A stretch of 63,498 bases of DNA, the filler included, from Hyphochytrium catenoides (lineage: Eukaryota > Protista > Hyphochytriomycota), in assembly GCA_900088475.1 (NCBI GenBank). It is 10 parts of 10 records of this genome, joined end to end, with 100 filler letters (N's around TTAATTAATTAA, not from the genome) between each part and the next. Parts side by side here need not be neighbours in the genome. Positions count along the whole stretch, not along the records: positions 10,327 to 12,092 come from FLMG01001774.1; positions 12,193 to 42,483 come from FLMG01003316.1; 8 more parts are not named here. One strand, written 5' to 3'. Within the stretch, counting starts at the first letter, position 1. Each line of letters begins with the position of its first letter. The notes under the pieces were generated by a model. It made no database searches. It saw nothing but the letters and a program-made list of their open reading frames with translations, and had not been told where the DNA came from. Shown piece by piece: positions 11,796-24,600 of this stretch. A program made the position numbers and the translations under genes.

Positions 11796-12268
11796 TCCTT
11801 AGCAAAGTAGGGTGAGAATAAGAGAGAGAGGGAGAAGGTAGAATCACAATGACTCACTATCTCTTATTCAGCTTCTTTCTGTCCTCTCTCTTGTGCACAG
11901 TAAATAAACTCTTTTCTGAGGTGCCCATGACTCTCTCTCTCTCTCCCCCTCTCTACAGCATAGAAACAAGCTGAACATTTTGGATCACTGACTCGTTTTC
12001 TCTCTAATGATACCCGGATCTCTCTCTCTCTCTCTCTTCTTCATCGCGACCTCTCCATCCTCTCTCTCTTTGGTTTTGCCGGTTTGCTCTTCNNNNNNNN
12101 NNNNNNNNNNNNNNNNNNNNNNNNNNNNNNNNNNNNTTAATTAATTAANNNNNNNNNNNNNNNNNNNNNNNNNNNNNNNNNNNNNNNNNNNNTCTCTCTC
12201 CCTCTTTCTCCCTCTCTCTCTCACACATACATCTAACTCTTTTCTCTCTCTTCGCCCCGCTTTCATAG

Positions 12269-12870
12269 GGCTCAGAACCGTCATTCTGGCGGAAGAAAAG
12301 TTCTTTCCCACAGAGACAACTTCCTCTCTCCCTGACGGAAATCTCGTGACCCAGCAGTCTCAGGTCGAGGAAAATGAAGAGGGAGAAGGAGAGAAAGAGA
12401 GAGGACTCTCTGTGTACGCGGCAGCGGCTACGGAGAAGAGAGAGGAAGGGAGAGAAGAGAAAAACGAAACGGAAGGGGAGAGAGGAGAGAAGAGAGAGAA
12501 TGTTCAGAGTAAAACCATAGGAGAGGAGAAGGTGGATGAAATGGAGAGAGAAGAGAAGAAGAGAGAGAAGCCGCCGACTGCTGTGCAAACAAGTAAGACC
12601 ATCTCCCAGAGAGACTCTCTCCTGGCAGCGGTAGAAGCGGCGCTAGATGAGATGGACTCTCATCGAGGGACAGGCGGAGGAGAAGAGAGAAGAGAGAGCA
12701 CCATCGAGGAAGAAGACGGAAAGAGAGAGACAGGACAGGAAGAGAGAGGAGAAGCTGCTTCCATTCCTACCATTGGCTCCACACAGGCAAACGGAGGAGG
12801 AGCGTCCGCAACAGGAGGTTCGGAAATCTTTATCTGTACTTGTCTTCATCTCAATCTCTCTTCCTCTTCC

Positions 12871-12903
<33 letters not shown>

Positions 12904-12926
12904 TTCTTTCTCAATCTCTCTCTTTT

Positions 12927-12958
<32 letters not shown>

Positions 12959-13040
12959 CCTCTTCTTCTTTGGCCCAAACTTCTGGTGCGCTTTCCTTTC
13001 CTTCAGCGCTTGTTGGTTTGCTTGCTGATGACATTCTTGG

Positions 13041-13083
<43 letters not shown>

Positions 13084-14757
13084 CACACACACACACTTAC
13101 TTCAATCCTTCCTACTTCTATATCATCTTTCGCCACCTTCTCCTCCGTCTCTTGCCCCGTTTGTCTCTCTCTGCCCTTTCTTTTTATCCCCTCGCTCTGT
13201 TTCTTCTCCTCTCTTCTCTCTCTTTTTGTTTGTCTCTCCTTGTCTCTCTTATCTTTCGCCCTCAAAACGTTCCGCGCTTTCTCTCTCACTTTCTCTTCTT
13301 CTTTTCTTCCCTATAATAGAGGAGAATGAAGATAAAGCCGAAGAAGAAAGAAAGAGAGAGACTGCTCCTCCCGGGCCCCGCGCTTCTCTGACAGAGCAGA
13401 AGACAGCGAGCTTTAACGCGCTAAACCAAGTCCCTTCTTCTTCTTCTTCTTCTCCTGCTGCCCATACAAATCTTCAGGAAAGACTGAAAGACTTTCTCGA
13501 TGACGATTATCTCACGACGCAGAGGAACTCTTCTGTCCCTCTCACCGCTCTCATTCATCCCATTAAAGAAGGAGAAGGACGAGCTGGAGGAGCAGGAGAA
13601 GAAGAGAGAGGAGAGAAAGAGAGAGAGGGAGAGAAAGTAGGAGAGACAGCAACCGAAGGAGCAGGAGAAGGGAGAGCAGGTGGGAGAAGCACGAGGTCTG
13701 CTCGTGATCTGGCTCAGCAGTGGCAGGCAAGGAAAGCCTCTGTCTCTCCCTCAAACAGGGGAGAGAAAGGGAGAGAGAGAGTCCACTTACCCGGAGCCTC
13801 AAGACGGTCTTCTGAAGCCGTAACTCATCATCGTTCTTCTTCTTCCTCTCTCTCCTCTCCTGCCAAAGCACGCAAGCGGCAGTCTGACCAGATGCTGCTG
13901 GACGCCTCTCTTTCCTCTGACGGGGGAAAAGATCTTCTACCAGGAGCTGTCTTTCTTGACTCTTCTCTCTCTTTCTCCTCTTCTTCCTCTTTCTCAACGG
14001 CTCTAGCTATTAGCAGCTTACTAGATGAGGAAGAAGAGAGAGAGAAGAAGAACTCGAGGGCACAAGCAGAGTTCTCTCTCCCTGAGGTTCCTGAAGGCCA
14101 AGACGTCTCTGCAGTCTCAGAAGATGATCTCAACAGCAACTCTGACGGACCGAGCGGCGCCAACCTGGACGGGACGTACGGCCATGAGAGAGAGAGAGAA
14201 GAGAAAGAAGGAGAAGAAGATGCGGTCGAAGGCGAAGGAGGAGAAGAAGAGGAAAAAGAAGGAGAAGAAGAGGAAGGCTATGTCTTAGACGAGAACTCCC
14301 CAGAGTATCACATCCTTGTCATTGCCAAAGAATGCCGACAGCTGCTCTTCAAGTCCAGAGTAAGACTCTCTCCTTTTCTCTCTCTCTCTGCTTTATCACT
14401 AGGTCTCTCAGCTCACCATTCCTCTAGATCTCTCTCTCTTCTCTCTCTGTCTCTGTTTCTCTCTCTCTCTCGTCTCTCCTCTCTTTCTCTCAATCTCCCC
14501 CTCTCTTTCTCTTCCTCCCCCTTCCCAGTGTTCCGTTCTGTCTCTTTGTCTCTCCTCTCTCTCTTTGTCTCCCCGCTCACTTTCCTCGCACTTATGTCCA
14601 CTTATGTCCATCTTTCGTGTCTGTCCCTTCTCTCCTTTCTTTTCTCTCTTAGACAACGCACCTGCAAGCTGGGCGCTTGGTCCAGGCGATCCGCATCGAG
14701 GGCATCCGAGTGGCAGAGACTCGGCAACTGAACCATATCATGTCCTCTAGCAGATAA
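12269..14757 (+). CDS. Hypothetical Glu/Ser-rich, largely disordered protein (5' partial)
   Basis: Phase-compatible exons 12269-12817, 13320-14359, 14653-14757, ending YHILVIAKECRQLLFKSR-TTHLQAGRLVQAIRIEGIRVAETRQLNHIMSSSR*. Confidence 0.7.
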
Positions 14758-14890
14758 AATAAAAAAAAGAGAGAGAGAGAGAGAGAGAAAAAGAGAGAGT
14801 CTCTTCCTCTCTTGCTCTTGTCCCTTATAGAACCCGCGTCTGCTCTGGCTCTGGCGTCCTCTTGTCCTTTTCCTCTGCCCTCTTACCTTC

Positions 14891-14923
<33 letters not shown>

Positions 14924-15120
14924 CTTCTCTTTCTCTCTTGTGCTAGTGTTCTGTCCTTCGGCCTGCTATCTGCTGGGCTCGCTTGTCCTTTAGGTGTCTC
15001 TTTTTATCGAATCTGACTCGACAGACAGAATAAAAACTCTGTCAATGCACAGACTCCTCTTCTCTCTCGCTCTTTTTATAAAAACGCGATGAACGGCTTT
15101 CGGCACCGAGAGACAGGCGT

Positions 15121-15154
<34 letters not shown>

Positions 15155-15398
15155 AGAGAGAGAGAAAGAGAGGATCGCCTTCGGCAGAAAGAGGAAAGGG
15201 TAGAAGAGCAGTAGGAGAGAGAGAGAGTCCCCGGGGAGAGACAAGCAAGAGTGAAGACTTGTCGGAGTGTCGGTGGAGAAAACGGAGCTCCCGACGAAGT
15301 GTTAAAAGAGGAGAGAAAGAAAAAGTGAACGACTGAAAAGCTGGGAGTATCTGACCAGCCCCGTGGCGGCGAGATGGAATGCACGAGAAGTGCAGACC

Positions 15399-15431
<33 letters not shown>

Positions 15432-15449
15432 GGAGAGAGGGAGAGAGAA

Positions 15450-15506
<57 letters not shown>

Positions 15507-15777
15507 AAGAGAGAGAGAACGACAGACAGAAAGAGAGAGAGGGAGAAATGGTGGGGCGTGAGGACAGCGGTAAAAGATGGGGAACAGCGGAGAGAGAGAG
15601 AGAGAGACAGAGAGAGAGAGAGACAGAGCATGTTAAAGGGTAGAAGCAGCAGCGCAGTGAGCATCTTGCCAGTACAGAGGCTTTGTCAGCAGTCGTTGGG
15701 GGTTGAGACGTTTGTGTCCTGAGGTGAATCCCATTGTAAATACTGGTAATGTGGGTACGGGAGAGAGAGAGAGAAAG

Positions 15778-15827
<50 letters not shown>

Positions 15828-16620
15828 AGTGAAACAGAGAGAGAGTGGTGAAACAGAGAGAGAAAGCAAGGGCACGACAGAAGGGAGACGAATAGAAGAG
15901 GCGAGTTCGTAGTGGGAAAAAAGGAAAGGAGAGGGACGGGAGGAGGAGGATTGACAAACAGTGAGCTACTGCATGAGCGAGAGAAAGAGTGAGAAAGAGA
16001 CGGAGAGACGAGAAGAGTTAGAGACACGCGCAGCCTGAAAGAAGAAATGGAAGGAGAGAGCGAGAGAATTCAATGTCCGTGAAAAGCCTTCTCTCTTTCT
16101 ATACCGCCCTTTCCTCCTCCTACCGTCTCTCTTTTCCCTCTCCTCGGTCTTTTCTCGCCTGTCTCTCCCATGACTCTTCGGGGCCTTGAGTGACGTAAGA
16201 GAAGCGGCAGCAGGTCGACTAACCGTTGAGTCTAAAGCGGAGGAGAGGAGAAGAGAGAGAGAGAGAAACACAAAAAAGATACATAGAAAGAGAGGCGGAG
16301 AGAATGGGAGGAAAGGTCGAGAAGATGAGGAGAAAGAGAAAAGGCAGGGAAGGTGGACATAAGGGGAGTGACAGGACAGGAGGAACGAGAAGGATAGTGA
16401 GCCGTAGCGACAACTATACAGATAGCGAGGAAAGAGAGGAGAGAAAGAGGGTAGTCGAGATGGAGAGAGAGACACCAGAGGGCGAGGAAAGGAGCACAGA
16501 GCGAAAGAGAGAAAAGAGAGATAGAGAAAGAAGAGAGAAAAAGAGAGAGAGAAGAGAGAGAGAGAGAGGAAGAGAGAAAGAGAGAGGAGGAGAGGGAGAG
16601 AGAGAGGACAACTAGCCAGC

Positions 16621-16920
16621 AAGCCCCACTCGAAGCACTACCGTTATGACGGTATCCACCCGTAGATATTCCGCGTGAAGCCTTTTCACTGTGGTCTCGA
16701 ACAACATACGACCTGAAAATATTCCGAGCGTGCTCCTTTTCTTGTAACGCCTCTTTGACCGAAGGTGTTGCAAGCAGTAATGGCAATGATAATGGGTAAC
16801 CCGGTTAAATGTGCGACTGGGACTAGGCTCTAACTGTAGTGACGGGCTTTAGGTAGATTTGTGGATATGAAGGTCATCCCGGAGGAACGAACATGTCAAT
16901 GTTCTCATCATCCCTCCTCC
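16621..16920 (+). ncRNA. Candidate structured RNA, family unknown
   Basis: Several hairpins with G-U pairs favouring the + strand plus a long-range closing stem (see findings). No family motif recognised. Confidence 0.3.
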
Positions 16921-19900
16921 TCTTCTCCTCTCCCTGCGGTGCCTCTGCTCTGTCTTGTTTTTAAGGAGATAGTGGTCATGACCCATAAATATCAAGAGGC
17001 CGCGAGTCATGTCTGTTCTTATATGAAAATCGGAGAAAGGACAGCAAAAATAGTAATGCGGGTAATGTGGGTCTCCTAACGTCTCTCAAAGAAGTCTGCC
17101 CACGGCCCTGTCATCTTCTTCTTCTCCTTCCCCTTCCATAGCTTCAGCAGCAGCAGTAGCCGCTGCGCCAAAGAGAAGGGGAGAGACCATGAGTAGGCCC
17201 AAGTCGTCCTCTTCGTCTCCCCAAGCACCTTGACCCATATAACTATTCATAGAAGAGAGGCGACGAGAGAGGAAAGAGAGAGAGAAAGAGATAATAAGAC
17301 ATAACGTCCTTATCTATCTATCTATATGATAAGAGAGAAAGATACCGAGGGAGAGAAGAGAGAAGACTAGTAGTGATGACCTTCGTGAAGGCAAGCCCCT
17401 CCTAGATCTACAGAGACCTTCCCTTCGTCTGTTAGCCTCTTACAAAAACAGCAAGAGATGGTCTTGGGTTAGCTGTTTACTAAGAATCCATCGGACCTAG
17501 GAAAGCTGCGGGCACTGGAAAAGACGGTTTGATCTTGTTGAACGCCCATCATCACCATGTAGAGAGAGAGAGAAAGAGAGAGAAAAAAAAAACGAGAGAG
17601 AGAGAGAATAGGTATAGTGTAGTACAAGTAGGAACAAAGATACTAGTGAGCTGCCGCTATTGGTTGTTACATCCCCGCATGTCCTCTTCCTCGAGGTCCA
17701 AGCATTTTCCTTATTGCTCAACCTCTCTCTCTCTCTCCCCGCATTTTGTTGAGTAGGTAGACTCTTTCTTAGTTCTCTATCGCTCTCTTCCCCTTCTGCC
17801 GCGTTCAAATTTTTCATTTATTCTCTCTCCGCCCCTCCTTCACATTTCCAAACTCTGCACCACTGAAGAGCTATAGACAAAAAAGAGGGGGACAAAAGAA
17901 GAAGATAGAGGCTGGCCACTAAGAAAAAGAGACTACCTAGTAGGACGTAACTCAGCGAGGAGAGTGAATGAAGGGTAGAGGCAAGGACAGAGCAGAGAGA
18001 GACCACCGACCCATAGTTGCGTGAACAACTGACAAGACCCTATCTCTCACAGAAAGACTCTTTCTTATCAGCAGCGGAGGAGGCAACAGCAGTAGAATAG
18101 AAAGTCTTTCCCTATTCCATCAGAAAGGAGAAAACGAGAGAAGAGAGAGATGCAATCAAGAGGCAGACAGGAGATCAGAAAGACGAAAGCAGGACAGAGG
18201 GGGGACCACCTTTCGACTCCTACGCCGGGCTCTTCTCCACTACGCACCCCAGCGATAAAAGGAGGCACCACAAGACTCACTTCAACTTTGTCCTTTCCTC
18301 GCCTCCTTCCTCTCATTCTTTCTCTCTTCTTGTTCACTAAAGAGCTGGAGGACAGCCCAAAGATTAACCTTTGCGAGACCACTGCTCCCAGTCAGTGTCT
18401 CGTGCAAGGCATAGAACAGAAAGCTTCCTCCCGGCAGCTCTATCTGATCACTCCTACTAGCTAGCTGCTGCTACAGGGGTTCCCTAAGACAGACGTAGTA
18501 CGTCACGTGTCTCGTGAGCCTCATCAGCAGCAGGCGACCCACCGCTACTAGTGTCGAGTGTCAATTGCCCCAACTGAGAAAACTATCTCTGTATGCCAAG
18601 ATATTTCTACGGAGAACAGTTCGTCCTCAGCTCGACTGACAGACAACTGAAACGAATCTCTCGCCCAATCAAAGGAAGGGCAAGGACAACTGGGAAGAGG
18701 CCCTCTGTGGCGCACAACAGTGCTATCTGGTTACTTTTCTAGACTCAGTGACGCCTCTTTACATTAGAGCACCACGTGAATTGCGAGGTCAAGTAGAGTC
18801 GGGTGTCCTGGCTTGCTCGTGCGGAGCCCACCCTCCTCTCCGCCGGTGGTCTGCTGACTCACACGGACTCAGTGGTCTGCTGCACTACAGACCATCAGGA
18901 CATTCTTTTGAGTACTGGCCTTGTGTTAGAGGGATGACGAGCAAACATGCGTGACGTCAACACCGCTCGGAGGCTTCCTAACATGTGTACCGTGAAAGAA
19001 GAAAGCCATCAATCAAACTACCACTACAGAGGGACTAACAACAGCAATATTGCGCCCTCAGAAAGGTCAGAAAGTTCCTTATCTCCCTAGCGTCAGGTGC
19101 ACTTTGGACCTTAGTCTCTAGCCTAAGAAGATAGATGGTCCTCTTGATTGATGCGAAGGACTGTATTTCAGTATTTCTGTACTCTTCCATGGCCTTGTCG
19201 ATGGATCCCATTTGCTCTGTTTCAAGGCCTTACCACCCAGATTGTTGACTCTTCAGGCTCATTCCTACGAGGCACAAAGGCTCTTTCTGTCCTTGAGATC
19301 CTTGTCCTTGTCCTGAAATGAAGTGAGGACTTTTTGTGACTACAAGTAGTTCTAAAGGGGAAAGAGCAACTTTGTCTCCAAGATTCATCTGCTCTCAGCA
19401 GCGGATTCCCTGACCATGGATCTTGTTTGGTCTTCTTTTTCTATTGCATCATAGCTACAAGGAACCTCCTTGTTCTCATTTTCCCATGTCATGCATTTTA
19501 CTATTATGGGGCTCATTATAAAGACAGATGAACCCTATGAGTAACTCCGAGGACTCCTTTGTCCCACCCTATCAGTCACAGTCGGCTTCTCCCCTCCTAG
19601 AGAAAAGTCATCATCATAATGTCAAGCGCATTGCTGTTCTGCCAGAGGGAAGTCTTTATCCACGAGTGGCGTTCGTTCGCTGCCATTGTCCTTGAGACAG
19701 ACGATGACAGACTTCGTGGGGAGGCGGAATGTGGCTGCGAGGTACCGGAGGAGCTAGGCAGCCGCTGCAGCTGTTGTTTCAGGACAGTTGTCGACCCTCA
19801 CTGCCCACTTCTCAGAAAACTATTAGGGGGACTCAGCTCTGCAGCCGCTCTGACGTGCCTGCTTGGAGCTGCCCATGCCCCTGAACGGCTGGCTGGCTGG

Positions 19901-21600
19901 CTCCAGATGCCCACCGCCTCCATCACACCTGACTGCTTGCTGTTACAGCTCATGAGGAAGGAAGTAAGAACAGCCAGGGAGCCAGTCCCGAATGCCTTTG
20001 TCTCAGCGCTGTTCTCATCTGAAGCAAGCAGCAGCGCGGGTGGCGGCGCCATTTCCCCTCAGCAGCTCTCTGAGACCTCAGCCAAAGCGCGGAAAAAATT
20101 GACATCTTTTTGTGAGTGCACTTGATTTTCATGTCCATCACACAAACCCAGAACACACGTGTCATATAATAGTACTTCCCAATTTCTAGAGGAAAATATG
20201 TGCGATAGCTGAATTAGTAATACGACGGGCGTTTGGTTCAGAAGGGTGAGTTTGGCGTACAAAAGTGCTATTATATATTTAGTGCTGGGCCACCCAAAAC
20301 CAAGACTAAGACTTTCTTTCATCCTATTGGTCAGTATTATACAATGGTGGGCACTGATTGGGCGAGTGGTCTCCTTCCTGGCCAGCGATTGCCCCAAGGA
20401 CCTTAGAGTGGCTGAACCTATTTCTCATGTTAAATGTATGGACTATCGTGCGGTAATAGGAACGGCGTCCTAAAACGCTTGGTCCTATGCATCGTTGATT
20501 TCTATTACTTATAATGAGCATTGTTGAACTTGAACAGTGTTTATATAGATAATAGTTACCGGGTTAGGGTGTCCTAAAGCCCAAAAAGCCCGATTAGACC
20601 ATGATATTGAACCCGGGACATTGTTTGAGTTTCCTACCCTTATACTCAGACATAAGCTGTAAAAAGGCTTGGGTTAAGCATGGTATCCGAGCCTCATTAG
20701 GTTTTTCCATCTAGAACTGGCGGCTGGTGGGCTTCCAGTTCTAAAGTGGAAAAGGGGGACGTTTGTACCCCTCCTCCCACCTCTCTCTGACTGTCGCTGT
20801 GCCCAAAATGTTATAAAGGCGGCACTCTGTCTCTCCATCGTGTCTTCTTTACTGTGTCTCTCTCCGTTTCTCTGTCTCATTGTTGCACGGTCCTGTTGGT
20901 CTTCCTCGCAAATGTCTCGTCTTTATCTCCTTCGTTCTCTGTCTCTCGCTTTGTGGTCCTGTAGCAGGCATTTCTCCCACTTACTCTGTCTTGCACCCCT
21001 TCGTACTGTATCTTTGACGTTTGCTTTGTGCCTCTCTTCACCTCTCTGACTCTCAGTGATGTCTATGAACTCTACCAAGATTAAGTATGCCTTCGATTTC
21101 TCTGTCTTGCACCTTCGTCCGTTCTGTCTCGTCTCTCTTGTTTGTTGGCGGCATCTCTTTAGAATTGCCGCTCATCTTCGGCGCCAGACAGACAGACAGA
21201 GCCTTGATTTATCGATAAACGTGTGCCGTCAGATCCAATTTCTATCGCTTTCTTTGGCCCTTGATCTTCTCGCTCGCTAGCACGCAAGCACATTGTCAAC
21301 TGCTGGTGGGCGCGCGGCGCAGCATTGATCCAAGAGAGAAGAGGAAGAACTGAAGAAAGAGAACTACCGGAGCTTTTAACCCACCGTTCCCTTTCCGTTT
21401 GGCCCGTTTGGCGCCTACTAGTTAAGCGCCGGAAAGAGAAGCAGATTTGAGGTTGGAGCTTCAATGTTGGTGATCTGCAGTGATTTGAGGCCATTAACGG
21501 GGACCGAGGGAGGACAGGAGACCATGGGGCTGAGTCCATGAGCTCGGCAACATTCTCTGCTGCTGAAAACCAANNNNNNNNNNNNNNNNNNNNNNNNNNN

Positions 21601-24600
21601 CTTGCTAGGCAGTTTTGCGCCATTTTTGCACTTGGCAGCGTCGTTAGACGTGCCTTCATCGTACACGGTCATCTTTATTAGCGCAAAAGCAGACACGAGG
21701 TAGGGTTAGGGCAGAACGGTGTCAACCTCATACTATGAGTCCCGACTCTCTTTCGTCTCTCTCTTTCTCTTGTTCTCCTTCTCACGCTCCTCGTTTCTCC
21801 CTTTGTTGGGTGTCCAGCTATGCGATATCTCAGCGGTCTGCCTTCCTGCTGGCCATGAAAGATATCGATCGCTCCCAGAAGCTCCTGCCGAACGTGAAGC
21901 TGAATGCTGTGCAGTACTATGAAGAAGGTCCCTGGAAGACATTGAACCTGACGATGAGGGCGATGGAAGAGAATAGTAACGTGGTGGCCGTCATTGGCCC
22001 TACGTATAGTAAGAATGTGGTACCCTCAGGTAGGAGCTTCGACCTAAGTGCTTCCTTCTCTTTCTTTGCTTTTGATGTCTCTCTTTCCCATTGTGTCTTC
22101 GTGTTCTCTATCTCTGCCCGTTTGTGTCCCTTCCTTTGTCTTTCCCTCTCTCCCTCACATCGTCAGCTTGCGAGAAGTGAGTTCCTAAAATCACTATCGA
22201 CAGGGTCGTACCTCTCAATGCTTCAGAAGCCCATGATTTCTCATTCTTCAGACTATCCACAGCTAGAGAATAAGGTAAAAGAGCACTGTCGTTCTATAGG
22301 AGAAAGAGGCAGATGTCAGACTTACGCGCCTTCTCTTCTTCGTCTTAAAAGGAACTCTTCAGTGTGCCTTATCTCTTTCGGGTGCCCATTACAGGGGTCT
22401 ACCCTATCCAACAGTTCATAGGCTACGCCGAACATTTTGGTTGGAAAAGGGTAAGTAAGCTTCTTTCTCTCAATGTCCTTTGCTCTCCTACGGTCTGATC
22501 CTTTCCGATGCAATTGACGCATTGAGAGCCGTCAATAGAGATGGATAAATGATGTCTGAAGCGTCGTCTACCTCTCTGCACATCCAGGTCGGTCTTTTGA
22601 ACATGATGGAAGGGGAGAACGACTTCTACTATCCCATCATTCTAAGGGAGGCAGCGAGAAAGCAGATTCGCATGACAGCGCACGAAACTATTAATGTCAG
22701 CAGTTTCTTGGATGAAAAGGAACTGAAGGCGGTGGCTGACGGTGGCAGAGAAAAAGAAGTTCGCGAAGCGATACAGAGGCTCAAGGTAAGCGAGTTGATG
22801 TAAGAAGTGGACTAGAGGAGAGAGACGTGAGCTTTTGCTGGGAAGATAAACCCCTGCGTGCTAATGCTAGTGTCATGCTTTAGGGTTCTGGGACCCAAGT
22901 GTTCCTTATTGCCGGGATTTACGGCACCGGTGTCACAGGCTATCTTTGTAAGCTTCTTCAAGAAGAAGGAATGATGAAGGACGGCTACGTCCTCGTATTT
23001 TATGACTTACAGGCTGAAGACACGCCCTGCTTCCAGCCTGGAGTTCTGTACATGAGGCAGAACCGCTCTGAGGTCGATGAAAGCAACCCATGGCTTCAAC
23101 ACTATAGAGATAGCACGGTGAAGTATGACCCCAACGATCCTAACGTACCAAAGTATAACCCTGAGACCGGAAGTCCCTTCTTCACACAGTCCGGTAGGTT
23201 GGCCTTAGCCCACTCCAATGAGCTTGGGGTCCTTTTTTCTCTCTCTTTCCTTGTTTTCTCTATCCTGTTCAATTGGTTCTGAGTCCTCTCCCACATCCCT
23301 GCCTTATCCCTTTCCCCGACATTTCTCCTCTGTAGAGACGATATATAGCATCTATGACACCACCGGCCCTTCCTATAACAACCTCTACGACTGGAAGGAG
23401 AAGAAGAGCGAAGGGAACATTGGATACTATGGAGTGACCTCCTATGACTCCGCGTTTCTTTTGGCGCACGCTATGCAGAGCATGCTCGACAAGGCCGCTG
23501 ATCCACTCAATGGAGAGAAGCTGAGAGAGGAGCTGCTTCGCACCTCGTTCCAGGCTATTGATGGAACCTTCATGTTGGATCAGGAGAGTCAGGAGCGATT
23601 TGTCCCGTCTACGCTACTGAACGTTCAGGAAACAGGGAAGAAAGGGGTTCCGGTCGCGATGACGACTGAGGTTTTGGCCTCTACCAAGGCATGTGAAGAG
23701 GTCAGTGGCTCCTGCGTTAGACAGGTAAATGCGGTGGGTTTTTTCGCTTTACACTGCCCTTGGGCTTGCCCCAAACAGCGGCAGCAACATCTTTAGTCTC
23801 ATTTTCTATGGTAGCTTCTTGTCCGTCAAGGATTACTTTCGTGCGGGTCTCTTCCTGTGTCTCTATTCCCTTCCTTCTAAGAAGCTCAAGGCTTAACTGA
23901 TACCTTCTCTTGCCGGCGTCGGCGTTGCCCCATCTTCTTTCTCTGTGTTCTTTCCCTCGTCCGTCGCTTGCCTTGCTTTTTCTAACTGTCCTTTCTCTTT
24001 TCTGCAGACGGAGAGGAAGATTGTCTGGTTCTCTGGTTCTAAGGAGGTGCCTCTGGATGGCCGTCAGCCCTCTCCGGAAAAGACCGTTGTCAAAGGAGAT
24101 GGCCTTGCCCTCACCTCAGCTATCGTGGGAATGGACTCATCCTTTCGCATTCGGGCCATAGATTACTTTGGCCAGTCCAATCAGTTTGACACTCTACCGT
24201 CGTCCCTGACCAAGTTTGATGTTTCTCTCGAGTATGTGGAAGGAGAGAAGCCTAGACGGATCTCACTCTCTTGCACAGAAATGAATGTTAGCATCGGTGT
24301 CGTTGACTGTCATTATATGGTTGGGGCCAAGGAAGGCGGGATGTATCGCCTGACTATCCTCTATAGAGGGCAGCAAGTCGCTAGCAGCCCGTACATGGTC
24401 AAAGTGTCTGGACTGGGTAAGTTTCATGATGTTAGGCTCGACAGGGGCGCTGTTGGTAAAGGAACAAGAGTGATGGCTACCCTCGTCGTGAATAGCACTC
24501 TTTTTATAAGCGTGTATGATAGAGACAAGTAGGCCGAAGGAAGGTAGAAAGGAGAGAGAGAGAGAGAGAGGAGAAAGAGAGAGAGGGGGGGAAGAGAGAG

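Noticed and set aside
10363-16622. Many ORFs rich in SLSLSL or RERERE
   Set aside because: Translations of stop-free (CT)n/(GA)n microsatellites in introns and intergenic DNA.
16790-16890. 18S rRNA, U1 snRNA or telomerase RNA identity for the structured island
   Set aside because: Only scattered short similarities; no ACTTACCTG, no extended template and no continuous rRNA alignment.
20560-20570. Telomere-like GGGTTAGGG (also near 21702)
   Set aside because: Only one to two units, expected by chance.
20690-20745. Helitron 3' end (9-bp inverted repeat TAGAACTGG/CCAGTTCTA, then CTAA on the minus strand)
   Set aside because: Loop is long, and no matching 5' end, second copy or Rep/helicase remnant was found.
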